Positions 29,194-36,365 of a stretch of DNA of 36,365 nucleotides are shown one piece after another. Origin of the DNA: Gemmatimonadota bacterium (lineage in GTDB: Bacteria; Gemmatimonadota; Gemmatimonadetes; Gemmatimonadales; GWC2-71-9). The stretch spans positions 1 through 36,365 of the forward strand of contig JBDHDE010000026.1 in assembly GCA_039591655.1 (NCBI GenBank), given 5' to 3'. A program made the translations under genes and the position numbers. A model generated the notes under the pieces. It saw only the letters and a list, made by a program, of their open reading frames with translations, ran no database searches and was not told the DNA's origin. How positions within the stretch are numbered: position 1 is the first letter of the stretch; every line of letters begins with the position of its first letter.

Positions 29194-29518
29194 GGGACCG
29201 GTGCTGGTGGCGGCGCGCGATCTGTTCTTCCGGGGCAAGTTGGAAGGGCTGGTGCGAGCCGCGGGTCGGGAGGTTGTGAGGGAGGCGCCCGCCGCGGTGG
29301 CGGTCGTGGAGCTGGGGAGCGCCGCGGCAGTGGAGCGCGTACGTGAGCTCGTGGCCGGCGGCGCGCGGGTCATCGCGTTCGGCTCGCACGTGGACCCACA
29401 GGCGTTGCGCCAGGCCCGTGAGGCGGGGGCAGAGGCGGTGCCGAATTCCCAGGTCGAGGCGACGCTGCGCGGACTGCTGGAGAACGAGGGTGATCGCGGG
29501 TCGGGTCTCGGGGCGTGA
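29174..29518 (+). CDS. Small stand-alone receiver-like (CheY-fold) protein, atypical
   Basis: (beta-alpha)5-like pattern VLVAARDLFF..KL, AVAVVEL, VIAFGSHVD..AREAGAE; start 29174 inferred within the longer ORF 28721-29518. Confidence 0.65.
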   Translation: MSIPSSEGPVLVAARDLFFRGKLEGLVRAAGREVVREAPAAVAVVELGSAAAVERVRELVAGGARVIAFGSHVDPQALRQAREAGAEAVPNSQVEATLRGLLENEGDRGSGLGA

Positions 29519-29618
29519 GTGTGACGATCTGCTTGCGCGACCCGTTATCTTCTTCCGATCCTGGCTATCGGTACGACCCTGACCCGGCGGGTGGCGACCC
29601 GCGCAGAGGAATGCGAAC

Positions 29619-29891
29619 ATGACGCATGAGACGACAACCTCCCTCTCCCCGGCCGAGGTGCTGGAGCGGGCGAAGCTGTTCTTCCCGGAGCGCGCCCCTC
29701 ACCAGGCGGCGTTTCTCGAGGATGAGGGACCCCACTTCGCCGCGTTCCGCGGCCAGGGCGGCGAGGAGCTGACGTTGGCGGTCTTCGAGTCGTCGGGCGG
29801 CACCCGCGTGCGGGCGTCCACGCTACTGTTCGACCAGGCCATCGGGCGGTTCTTCTCCACCCTCGCCGCCGTCGAGGATGGTGCGTTATGA
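29619..29891 (+). CDS. Hypothetical protein, 90 aa
   Basis: GAGGA Shine-Dalgarno, GC3-rich codon usage, ATGA overlap with the next gene. Confidence 0.8.
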   Translation: MTHETTTSLSPAEVLERAKLFFPERAPHQAAFLEDEGPHFAAFRGQGGEELTLAVFESSGGTRVRASTLLFDQAIGRFFSTLAAVEDGAL

Positions 29892-30157
29892 TGGCGGCGA
29901 ACGGGCTCACCGTGCGGGTCTGGGTCTCGGAGATGTGGGACACGGTCCGCCTCGAGGCAGCCCCCGATTGGACGGTTGCGCGCCTCAAGTCCGAAGCACT
30001 GCGCCGCGCCACCGGCCGCGAGCCCGATCCCGAGGCCTACACAGTGAAGTACCGCGGCGGGCGGGTACTGGACGAGGGAGTGACGCTGTCGGGGCTCGGC
30101 GCCCCCGATCGGGCCGCCTTCATCGTGCTGCCGTCGCGCCGCCGTCCGGCAACGTGA
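29888..30157 (+). CDS. Ubiquitin-like (beta-grasp) protein lacking C-terminal GG
   Basis: TVRLEAAPDWTVARLK and VKYRGGRVLDEGVTLSGLG align by eye to ubiquitin TITLEVEPSDTIENVK and [18 protein letters not shown]. Confidence 0.7.
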   Translation: MMAANGLTVRVWVSEMWDTVRLEAAPDWTVARLKSEALRRATGREPDPEAYTVKYRGGRVLDEGVTLSGLGAPDRAAFIVLPSRRRPAT

Positions 30158-30208
30158 AGCAGGTTCGCTTGAGCCCCTGAAGCCCCTACCAAGCCCCCGA
30201 CCCAATCC

Positions 30209-31117
30209 ATGCACATCGTCTGGCACCCTTCCTCCCTGAAACACGGTGCCGGGCCCGGCCATCCCGAGTCGCCCCGTAGGCTTGAGGCAATCCTCGGCGC
30301 GCTCCAGGCGTGGGAGCCCGCCGCCGCGCTCGTGTGGCACGAGGCGGAACCGGTGAGTGACGCTGCGATTCGCCGTGTGCACGCGGAGCCGTACCTCGAG
30401 CGACTCGCGGCGGTGGCGGCACGCGGCGGCGGCGCCCTGGACGCCGACACCGCGATGAACGAGCACAGCCTGGTGGCGGCGCGTCACGCGGCGGGAGCCG
30501 CCGTCGCCGCCGTCAGGTTCGCGCTCTCCGGGGAGCCGGCGTTCGCCCCGGTGCGTCCGCCGGGACACCACGCCACCCACGGTCGTGCCATGGGCTTCTG
30601 CCTGATCAACAACGTCGTCGTGGCTGCCCGGGCGGCCCTGGAGGAGATGGACCTCGAACGGGTCCTCATCGTGGACTGGGACGTGCACCACGGGAACGGC
30701 ACCCAAGATCTCGTGGCAGCGGATCCCCGCATCCGCTATGTGTCGTTGCACCAGTGGCCCCTCTACCCCGGCACCGGCCGGGCCGAGGAACGGGGAGCGG
30801 GCAACATCTTCAACGTGCCGCGGCCGCCGGGCCTCGCCCGGGAGCGCTATGTCGCCGACCTGAACGAGGCGGTGGGCCGCGCAACAGATGGGTGGCATCC
30901 CGACCTGCTCATCATCTCGGCGGGCTTCGATGCCATGGCCGGCGATCCCCTGGCCGGCTTCACGCTGGAGCCGGAGGATTACGCCGTGTGGGTCGAGGAG
31001 TGGCGCACCCTGGGTGTGCCGCTGGCGTCGGTGCTGGAGGGAGGGTACGTGCCTCAGCGCATTGCGGCCGGAGTGACGGCGCACCTGCAGGCCCTGGCGC
31101 AGCCGGCGGCCGGCTGA
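30209..31117 (+). CDS. Zn-dependent histone deacetylase family amidohydrolase
   Basis: HPESPRRL, RPPGHHA, GFCLINN, DWDVHHGNGTQ, SAGFD..DPL, LEGGY. Confidence 0.95.
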   Translation: MHIVWHPSSLKHGAGPGHPESPRRLEAILGALQAWEPAAALVWHEAEPVSDAAIRRVHAEPYLERLAAVAARGGGALDADTAMNEHSLVAARHAAGAAVAAVRFALSGEPAFAPVRPPGHHATHGRAMGFCLINNVVVAARAALEEMDLERVLIVDWDVHHGNGTQDLVAADPRIRYVSLHQWPLYPGTGRAEERGAGNIFNVPRPPGLARERYVADLNEAVGRATDGWHPDLLIISAGFDAMAGDPLAGFTLEPEDYAVWVEEWRTLGVPLASVLEGGYVPQRIAAGVTAHLQALAQPAAG

Positions 31118-31158
31118 GCGGCTCGGAGTCGTCTGTGCAGCCCGTTGCACGAGGTTCG

Positions 31159-31173
31159 TGGCAGATACCGTGC
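31159..31173 (+). promoter_or_regulatory. Possible sigma54 (-24/-12) promoter
   Basis: TGGCAG-ATACC-GTGC: GG and GC separated by 10 nt, in an intergenic region. Confidence 0.3.
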
Positions 31174-31284
31174 GGCACCGGTGAGCAGGGATTCGCACCG
31201 TGTCAAGAGCGAATCGGTGACAAACTGACCCGGCATTCAAGCACCTCTTGACTATCCCGGCATCCGAGACGAGCCTTTCGCCTT

Positions 31285-32025
31285 ATGCCTCCTCGGCTCT
31301 CGCCCACCGCGCTGCTCGCGGTACTGCAGCCGTGGGCCGAAGTGGCGGAACCGATACATCGCCGCCTCGCACAGCTCGCTGAGGCGGAGACCGGGCAGGA
31401 GGTCCTCTGGATCGGATGCGGTTCCGGGCGTTCGGTGCTGTGGTGGGCCGAGCGGTTCCGCACGCACATCGAGGGGGTCGACCCCGATCACTCCGCCATC
31501 GAGGCCGCCGAGAAGACGTCGCGCTCCGCAGGTCTGCAGCGGCTCGCGACGTTCCAGACAGCCGACCCTTCCGATCTCCCGCATGAGGTCCAGGTCTTCG
31601 ACGTGACCATCGCCAACCTCCTGGCGCTGCTTGGAGCCGACGGGGCCGCCGTGCTCAAGGATGCGGGGCGGGTGGCGCGTCCCATGAGTACGGTGATGGC
31701 GCTGGTGCCGTCGTGGCTCTCCACGCCCGATCCTGAGGATGCGCGGCTGCTGGAAGCCGTCGACCTGAAGCCGCAGTTGCTGGTGGAGTGGAAGAGCTTC
31801 TTCCGTCTCGCCGGGGTCGTGGAGTTGAGCGTGGAGGAGGCGGCGCAGGACGGCGGGTGGATCGCCTCGGGCTGGGTGGGCCTCCTCGTCCGGGGTTGGC
31901 GCGCGGCCCGCTGGGCGGGTGTGCGTGCCGTCCTGAGCCGTGAGTTTCGGACCCTGCGCACCCTCGCTCTCGGGCGGGTGCTGGGGTTGTCGATCATCAA
32001 GGGTACGCGCTGGCCACACGCATGA
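31285..32025 (+). CDS. Class I SAM-dependent methyltransferase
   Basis: VLWIGCGSG motif I, EGVD motif II, FDV, RVARP. Confidence 0.8.
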   Translation: MPPRLSPTALLAVLQPWAEVAEPIHRRLAQLAEAETGQEVLWIGCGSGRSVLWWAERFRTHIEGVDPDHSAIEAAEKTSRSAGLQRLATFQTADPSDLPHEVQVFDVTIANLLALLGADGAAVLKDAGRVARPMSTVMALVPSWLSTPDPEDARLLEAVDLKPQLLVEWKSFFRLAGVVELSVEEAAQDGGWIASGWVGLLVRGWRAARWAGVRAVLSREFRTLRTLALGRVLGLSIIKGTRWPHA

Positions 32026-34439
32026 TCCCGACGACCTGCTCGGTCGCGCTGCCCGTCCCCAGTCCCAAGCCCTACACCTATGCAGTCCCCCGGTCGTTGG
32101 CGGACAGGGTGGCGCGAGGCGCCCGCGTCGTAGTCCCCGTGCGCACCCGGGAGTTGGTGGGGGTTGTGGTGGACGTGGGAGACGGGACCACGGAGGAGCT
32201 GAGGGACGTGCTGCTGGCACCGGATCCCACACCGCTGGTGCCCCAGTCGCTGCTCGAGCTGGCGGACTGGATCGCGCGCTACTACGCGGCCCCCATCGGT
32301 TTCGCGCTCAAGGCCATGCTCCCGGCTGCGCTGTGGGGCGGCTCCCGGCTGGTGGCGGAGGTGCGCGACGCGACGGCGGCCCCGGGGGGCGCGAGCCGCG
32401 ACGTGCTCCTCGCTCTGGAGCGTGCCGGAGGCCGGGCGCCGGCCGCGACTCTCGGTCGCAAGCTCAAGCGGCCCGTGTGGGACGCGTTGCAGCGGCTCGA
32501 GCGAGCGGGCGCCGTGACCCTCGAGACCGCACCCGCCGAGCTGGGCCCCCCCTCCAAGACCGAGCGCGTTCTGGTGCTGACGACATTCCTGCCGACGCTG
32601 CTGGAGCGTGAGCAGGCGTTCGGGCGCGCCGAGCGGCAGCGGGCGGCATACGAGGCGGTGGACTCCATGGGCGGCGAAGCCACCGCTCGCCACCTCATCG
32701 ACGGTCTCGGATTCTCCAACGCGATTCTCAAGGGACTCGTGGAGCGGGGCGTAGCGCGCATGGAGGAGCGCGAAGCGTTGCGGGATCCTTTCGCGGATCT
32801 CACGGCGGCGCCGCCGCCGCCGGCGACGGCCGCGCAGCGGGAAGCGGTCGAGCGCATCCGCGCGCTGCCGCCGGGCGGGGCGCTGACTCTGTTCGGCGTC
32901 ACCGGGAGCGGCAAGACGCTGGTCTACCTGGAGGCACTGCGGGACGAGGTGGAATCGGGTCACGGTGTGATCGTGCTCGTGCCCGAGATCGCCCTGACAC
33001 CGCAGACTATAGGGCGGGTGCGCGGCGTGTTCGGTGATACGGTGGCCGTGCTGCACAGCGGGCTCTCGGACGGCGAACGGGTGGATGCCTGGCGCACCCT
33101 CGCCACAGGGCGACGGCTGGTGGCCGTCGGCGCCCGTTCGGCGGTGTTCGCACCGGTGGCCGACCTCGCGGCCATCATCGTGGACGAAGAACACGACGCG
33201 AGCTACAAGCAGAGTGAATTGCCCCGCTATCACGCCCGTGACGTCGCGCTCCGCCGGGCCCGCATCGAGGGAGCCCGGGTGGTTCTGGGGAGCGCGACGC
33301 CGTCGCTGGAGGCTTGGGCGGCCCGCGACCGGATGCCGGTGGTAGCCCTCCCGGCTCGGGTTACGGCGCAGCCGCTGCCGGAGGTGACCCTAGTCGACAT
33401 GCGGCGGGAGCCCCGCGTCGAGGAGGCGAGAGCCGTTCCGTGGTCCCGCTCGCTGGACGAGGCGGTGCAGGGGGCCCTGGAGGCGGGCGATCAGGTGCTG
33501 CTGCTCCTCAACCGCCGCGGGTTCGCCCACTTCCTCCAGTGCCCCGGGTGCGGGCACGTGTGGGACTGCGCCTCGTGCAGCATCTCCCTCACGGTGCATC
33601 GGCACCCGGACCGACTGCGGTGCCACTACTGCGGGCGCGACGAGCCGATGCCCGATGCGTGCCCCCAGTGCGGGGCCGCGGCGCACCGCTCCCGTGGGGT
33701 GGGCACCCAGTTGCTGGAGCGCTGGCTGGCCGAGCGCTTCGCCCGCGCCCGCCTCGCGCGGATGGATGCCGACACCACTGCGGGCAAGTGGTCGCACCGG
33801 CGGATTCTGGACGCCGTGGCCCGGCGCGAAGTGGACGTGCTGTTCGGCACCCAGATGATAGCAAAGGGGTTGGACTTCCCCGGTGTCACGCTCGTGGGCG
33901 TGGTGGACGCCGACACGGGTCTCCACCTACCTGACTTCCGCGCGGCGGAGCGTACCTTCCAACTCGTCGCCCAAGTCGCCGGTCGTGCCGGGCGGGGCCC
34001 CCGCGGCGGTCGCGTCCTAGTGCAGACGCACACACCCCAGCACTACGCGCTCCAGGCGGCCGCGCGACACGACTTCGAGGCGTTCGCGGACCGGGAGCTG
34101 GACATGCGACACTCGCCTCTCTACCCGCCGCACGTGGGACTCGTGAACGTCGTGGTGAGCGGCCTCGCCGAAGGCGGGGTGGCCGAAGCTGCGGCGGAGG
34201 TGGCTGACTGGCTGCGGGGACTCGTCGCACGGCGGACCGACGGCGCCGTGGATGTGGTGGGACCCGCGCCGGCGCCATTGGCTCGGATCAAGCAACGCTG
34301 GCGCTGGCACCTCGTGCTCCGGTCGGAGGACCGCCGCTGGCTCGGACGGGTGGCCCGCTACGCGGCGCGCCGCGCGCCCCATGCGCGACAGGGGCCGATA
34401 CGGGTCGTGTTCGATCGCGATCCCCTCTCGTTGCTCTGA
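32022..34439 (+). CDS. priA: Primosomal protein N' (replication restart helicase)
   Basis: GVTGSGKT, LVPEIALTPQ, DEEHDASYKQ, SATPS, NRRG, four CxxC, GTQMIAKGLDF, QVAGRAGR. Confidence 0.97.
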   Translation: MIPTTCSVALPVPSPKPYTYAVPRSLADRVARGARVVVPVRTRELVGVVVDVGDGTTEELRDVLLAPDPTPLVPQSLLELADWIARYYAAPIGFALKAMLPAALWGGSRLVAEVRDATAAPGGASRDVLLALERAGGRAPAATLGRKLKRPVWDALQRLERAGAVTLETAPAELGPPSKTERVLVLTTFLPTLLEREQAFGRAERQRAAYEAVDSMGGEATARHLIDGLGFSNAILKGLVERGVARMEEREALRDPFADLTAAPPPPATAAQREAVERIRALPPGGALTLFGVTGSGKTLVYLEALRDEVESGHGVIVLVPEIALTPQTIGRVRGVFGDTVAVLHSGLSDGERVDAWRTLATGRRLVAVGARSAVFAPVADLAAIIVDEEHDASYKQSELPRYHARDVALRRARIEGARVVLGSATPSLEAWAARDRMPVVALPARVTAQPLPEVTLVDMRREPRVEEARAVPWSRSLDEAVQGALEAGDQVLLLLNRRGFAHFLQCPGCGHVWDCASCSISLTVHRHPDRLRCHYCGRDEPMPDACPQCGAAAHRSRGVGTQLLERWLAERFARARLARMDADTTAGKWSHRRILDAVARREVDVLFGTQMIAKGLDFPGVTLVGVVDADTGLHLPDFRAAERTFQLVAQVAGRAGRGPRGGRVLVQTHTPQHYALQAAARHDFEAFADRELDMRHSPLYPPHVGLVNVVVSGLAEGGVAEAAAEVADWLRGLVARRTDGAVDVVGPAPAPLARIKQRWRWHLVLRSEDRRWLGRVARYAARRAPHARQGPIRVVFDRDPLSLL

Positions 34440-34459
34440 GCGGGCGGCACCGGTATTTT
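34431..34459 (+). promoter_or_regulatory. Putative sigma70 promoter for the hypothetical-pdaD-speB unit
   Basis: TTGCTC (34431-36), 17 bp, TATTTT (34454-59). Confidence 0.45.
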
Positions 34460-34491
34460 CCGTCCTCGCTCACTCGGCCATCGGAGCAGGT

Positions 34492-35055
34492 GTGCCCGCA
34501 TCACCCCATGAACCCGTCGGCCCTCCGGCCGCCGCGCCGAGCGCTCCTCTGACACCCGGCACCGGAGTCGGCGGCGCTTACGCGCCGGGGCTCGGGTTGG
34601 GGTGGAGCAGGGTCGCGCAGGCGGTCGCGGAACAGCTGGTAGCGGAGGCGGTCGACCGGATTTGGCTCTTCGCGCCGGTGCGGCGGGAGTCCCGGGAGTG
34701 GGGCACCGCGGTCATCGCCTGCCGCATCGCGGCGGATCGCCGGCTCATCTACACGGCACGCTACGTGCTCGTCATCCGAGGGCGCGAGCGCGGGCAGGGA
34801 AAGGTCATGGTCGAGGAGGTGGGGGAGAGCCCTTTGGACGTCCTGCACGAGGTCGTCGCGGGCGTGCAGGAGCGCGCGGGGGAGGCACAGCCGCCGGTGG
34901 AGATCGCGCCGGAGTTGTGGTTCCCGCGCGCGGGTGAGGCGACGCCCCCGTCTACAGTCTCGAGCAGCGCGGCGCCAGCCGCGAGCGAGCGCAACGTGAT
35001 GCCGTCACGCGCAAAGCCCGACGCTCTCAACCCGAGGTCCGGGGACGGTGATTGA
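34492..35055 (+). CDS. Hypothetical protein
   Basis: Globular core GWSRVAQAVAEQL...PPVEIAPELWF with low-complexity ends; GTG 34492 start inferred from an upstream GGAG, uncertain. Confidence 0.65.
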   Translation: MPASPHEPVGPPAAAPSAPLTPGTGVGGAYAPGLGLGWSRVAQAVAEQLVAEAVDRIWLFAPVRRESREWGTAVIACRIAADRRLIYTARYVLVIRGRERGQGKVMVEEVGESPLDVLHEVVAGVQERAGEAQPPVEIAPELWFPRAGEATPPSTVSSSAAPAASERNVMPSRAKPDALNPRSGDGD

Positions 35056-35608
35056 TCCACGCATGTTCGTGCCCAGTAAGGCCTTTCTCACGAAAGGCGT
35101 GGGCCGACACAAAGAGAAGCTGACCAGTTTCGAGGAAGCGCTGCGGGAGGCGGGCATTGCTCAGGTCAACCTCGTGCGCGTGAGCTCGATCTGGCCGCCG
35201 CACTGCGAGCTGGTCTCGCGGGAGCACGGCGTGAGGAGCCTGATCCCCGGCCAGGTCACCTTCGCCGTGGTAGCGGAGGCCCAGACCAACGAGCCGTCGC
35301 GCCTGGCGACGGCGGCCATCGGACTCGGGATCCCCGCCGATCCCAACCATCATGGGTACATCTCCGAGCACCATGCCTTCGGTCAGCGCCGGGAGCCGGC
35401 CGGCGACTACGCCGAGGACCTGGCCGCCAGCATGTTGGCCACGGTGTTGGGCGTCCCGTTCGATCCCGAACAGGCCTGGGACGAGCGCAAGGAGCAGTGG
35501 CGGCTCTCGGGTGAGATCGTGGAGACGATGAACATCAGCTGCAGCGCCGAGGCGCAGGACGACGGTCGCTGGGTGACGGCCGTGAGCGCCGTCGTGTTCT
35601 GCGGATGA
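35048..35608 (+). CDS. pdaD: Pyruvoyl-dependent arginine decarboxylase
   Basis: SFEEALREAGI..NLVRVSSI.PP (Ser-Ser self-cleavage site), GYISEHH; true start may be ATG 35063. Confidence 0.9.
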   Translation: MIDPRMFVPSKAFLTKGVGRHKEKLTSFEEALREAGIAQVNLVRVSSIWPPHCELVSREHGVRSLIPGQVTFAVVAEAQTNEPSRLATAAIGLGIPADPNHHGYISEHHAFGQRREPAGDYAEDLAASMLATVLGVPFDPEQAWDERKEQWRLSGEIVETMNISCSAEAQDDGRWVTAVSAVVFCG

Positions 35609-36365
35609 ACGAGTTCCGCGGTCGCGGCGGCACGGGCGGCCTGCCCGCGTCGCTGCGAGATCTCTCCTGGGCGCCGGCCGAGTCGTTCCTCGGGCTGCCC
35701 ACCGACGAGCGGGAGTTCGGGAAGTGCGCGGTGGCGGTGCTGCCCGTCCCATACGAGGCGACGGTGTCCTTCATGGGCGGGACGCGCTTCGGTCCCCGGG
35801 GCATCCTGCACGCGTCCCGCTTCGTCGAGCTGTACGACCACGAGCTCGACTTCGAGCCGTACCGTATCGGCGTCAGCACCCTGCCGGAGCTCGAGCTCTC
35901 GGGGGCCGGCCCGGAGGAGGCGCTGGCCGAGTTGCGCCGGGCGATGGAGGCGCTGCTCGACACCGGGAAGTTCGTCATCATGCTGGGCGGCGAGCACAGC
36001 CTCTCCAGCCCGCCGATACTGGCCCATGCCGACCGGACGCCGGGCGAGCTCTCGGTGCTCCAGCTGGATGCCCACACCGACCTGCGGGCCGAGTACGAGG
36101 GAACGCCCTACTCCCATGCCTGTGTGATGCACCGGGTGCACGAGCGGGTGGGCATCGTACCGGTGGGAATCCGCTCGCTGACTGCGGAGGAGCGCGAGCT
36201 CGCCCGGCAGAAGAACATCCCCATCCTCTTCGGCCACGAGTTGGGCTCAGAGGGGTGGATCGACCGGGTGCTCTCCGCCCTGGGCGAGGATGTGTACATC
36301 ACGTTCGACGTCGACTACTTCGATCCGCCGCTCATGCCTGCAACGGGCACACCCGAGCCGGGGGG
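35605..36365 (+). CDS. speB: Agmatinase (ureohydrolase family), truncated by window end
   Basis: Hand translation from ATG 35605 gives GTRFGP, GGEHS, DAHTDL, SHAC, FDVDYFDP, TGTPEPGG; absent from the ORF track because no stop is reached. Confidence 0.92.
   Translation, partial: MNEFRGRGGTGGLPASLRDLSWAPAESFLGLPTDEREFGKCAVAVLPVPYEATVSFMGGTRFGPRGILHASRFVELYDHELDFEPYRIGVSTLPELELSGAGPEEALAELRRAMEALLDTGKFVIMLGGEHSLSSPPILAHADRTPGELSVLQLDAHTDLRAEYEGTPYSHACVMHRVHERVGIVPVGIRSLTAEERELARQKNIPILFGHELGSEGWIDRVLSALGEDVYITFDVDYFDPPLMPATGTPEPG

Noticed and set aside
30045..30065. Internal RGG in the ubiquitin-like protein as a possible conjugation site after cleavage
   Set aside because: It aligns with the ubiquitin AG turn inside the fold, so cleavage there would remove the last strands
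20375..31233. CTGACCCG octamer in three intergenic regions (about 20375 minus, 29579, 31225)
   Set aside because: Short GC-rich word noticed post hoc, with no consistent position relative to promoters
23612..33233. Long minus-strand ORFs 23612-25153, 29699-31240 and 31488-33233
   Set aside because: Antisense shadows of glyQS, HDAC and priA with no family signatures
1..36365. CRISPR arrays, tRNA/rRNA genes, IS elements, prophage or defence genes
   Set aside because: No regularly spaced repeats, cloverleaf or T-loop motifs, transposase/integrase ORFs or low-GC islands seen by inspection

Overview
High-GC bacterial chromosomal window. The gene content and the basic N-terminal extension on L24 suggest Gemmatimonadota, which is an inference. 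1-12153: end of tuf, then a complete S10-spc ribosomal protein cluster through secY-adk-map, where the cluster stops with no infA/rpmJ/alpha operon. L4 and L30 carry unusual Lys-rich extensions. 12190-20275: suhB-like gene, a tightly coupled trpS-MgtC-hydroxyacid dehydrogenase-PilT-like-DapA-like-M28 peptidase operon, and purA. 20276-22888: a structured intergenic region (candidate ncRNA plus terminator) and an orphan Wzc-type tyrosine kinase. 23010-36365: glycerate kinase, alpha2-type GlyRS, M3-like peptidase, NSS transporter, then a zincin / pseudo-receiver / small hypothetical / ubiquitin-like / HDAC-family block, a methyltransferase, priA, a hypothetical gene, pyruvoyl arginine decarboxylase and agmatinase (cut by the window end). 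No mobile element, CRISPR array, tRNA or rRNA was seen. Best candidates for something new: the ubiquitin-like protein module next to an HDAC-family gene, the rod-shaped RNA between purA and wzc, the eukaryote-like Lys-rich tails on uL4/uL30, and a promoter-proximal terminator in the purA leader.
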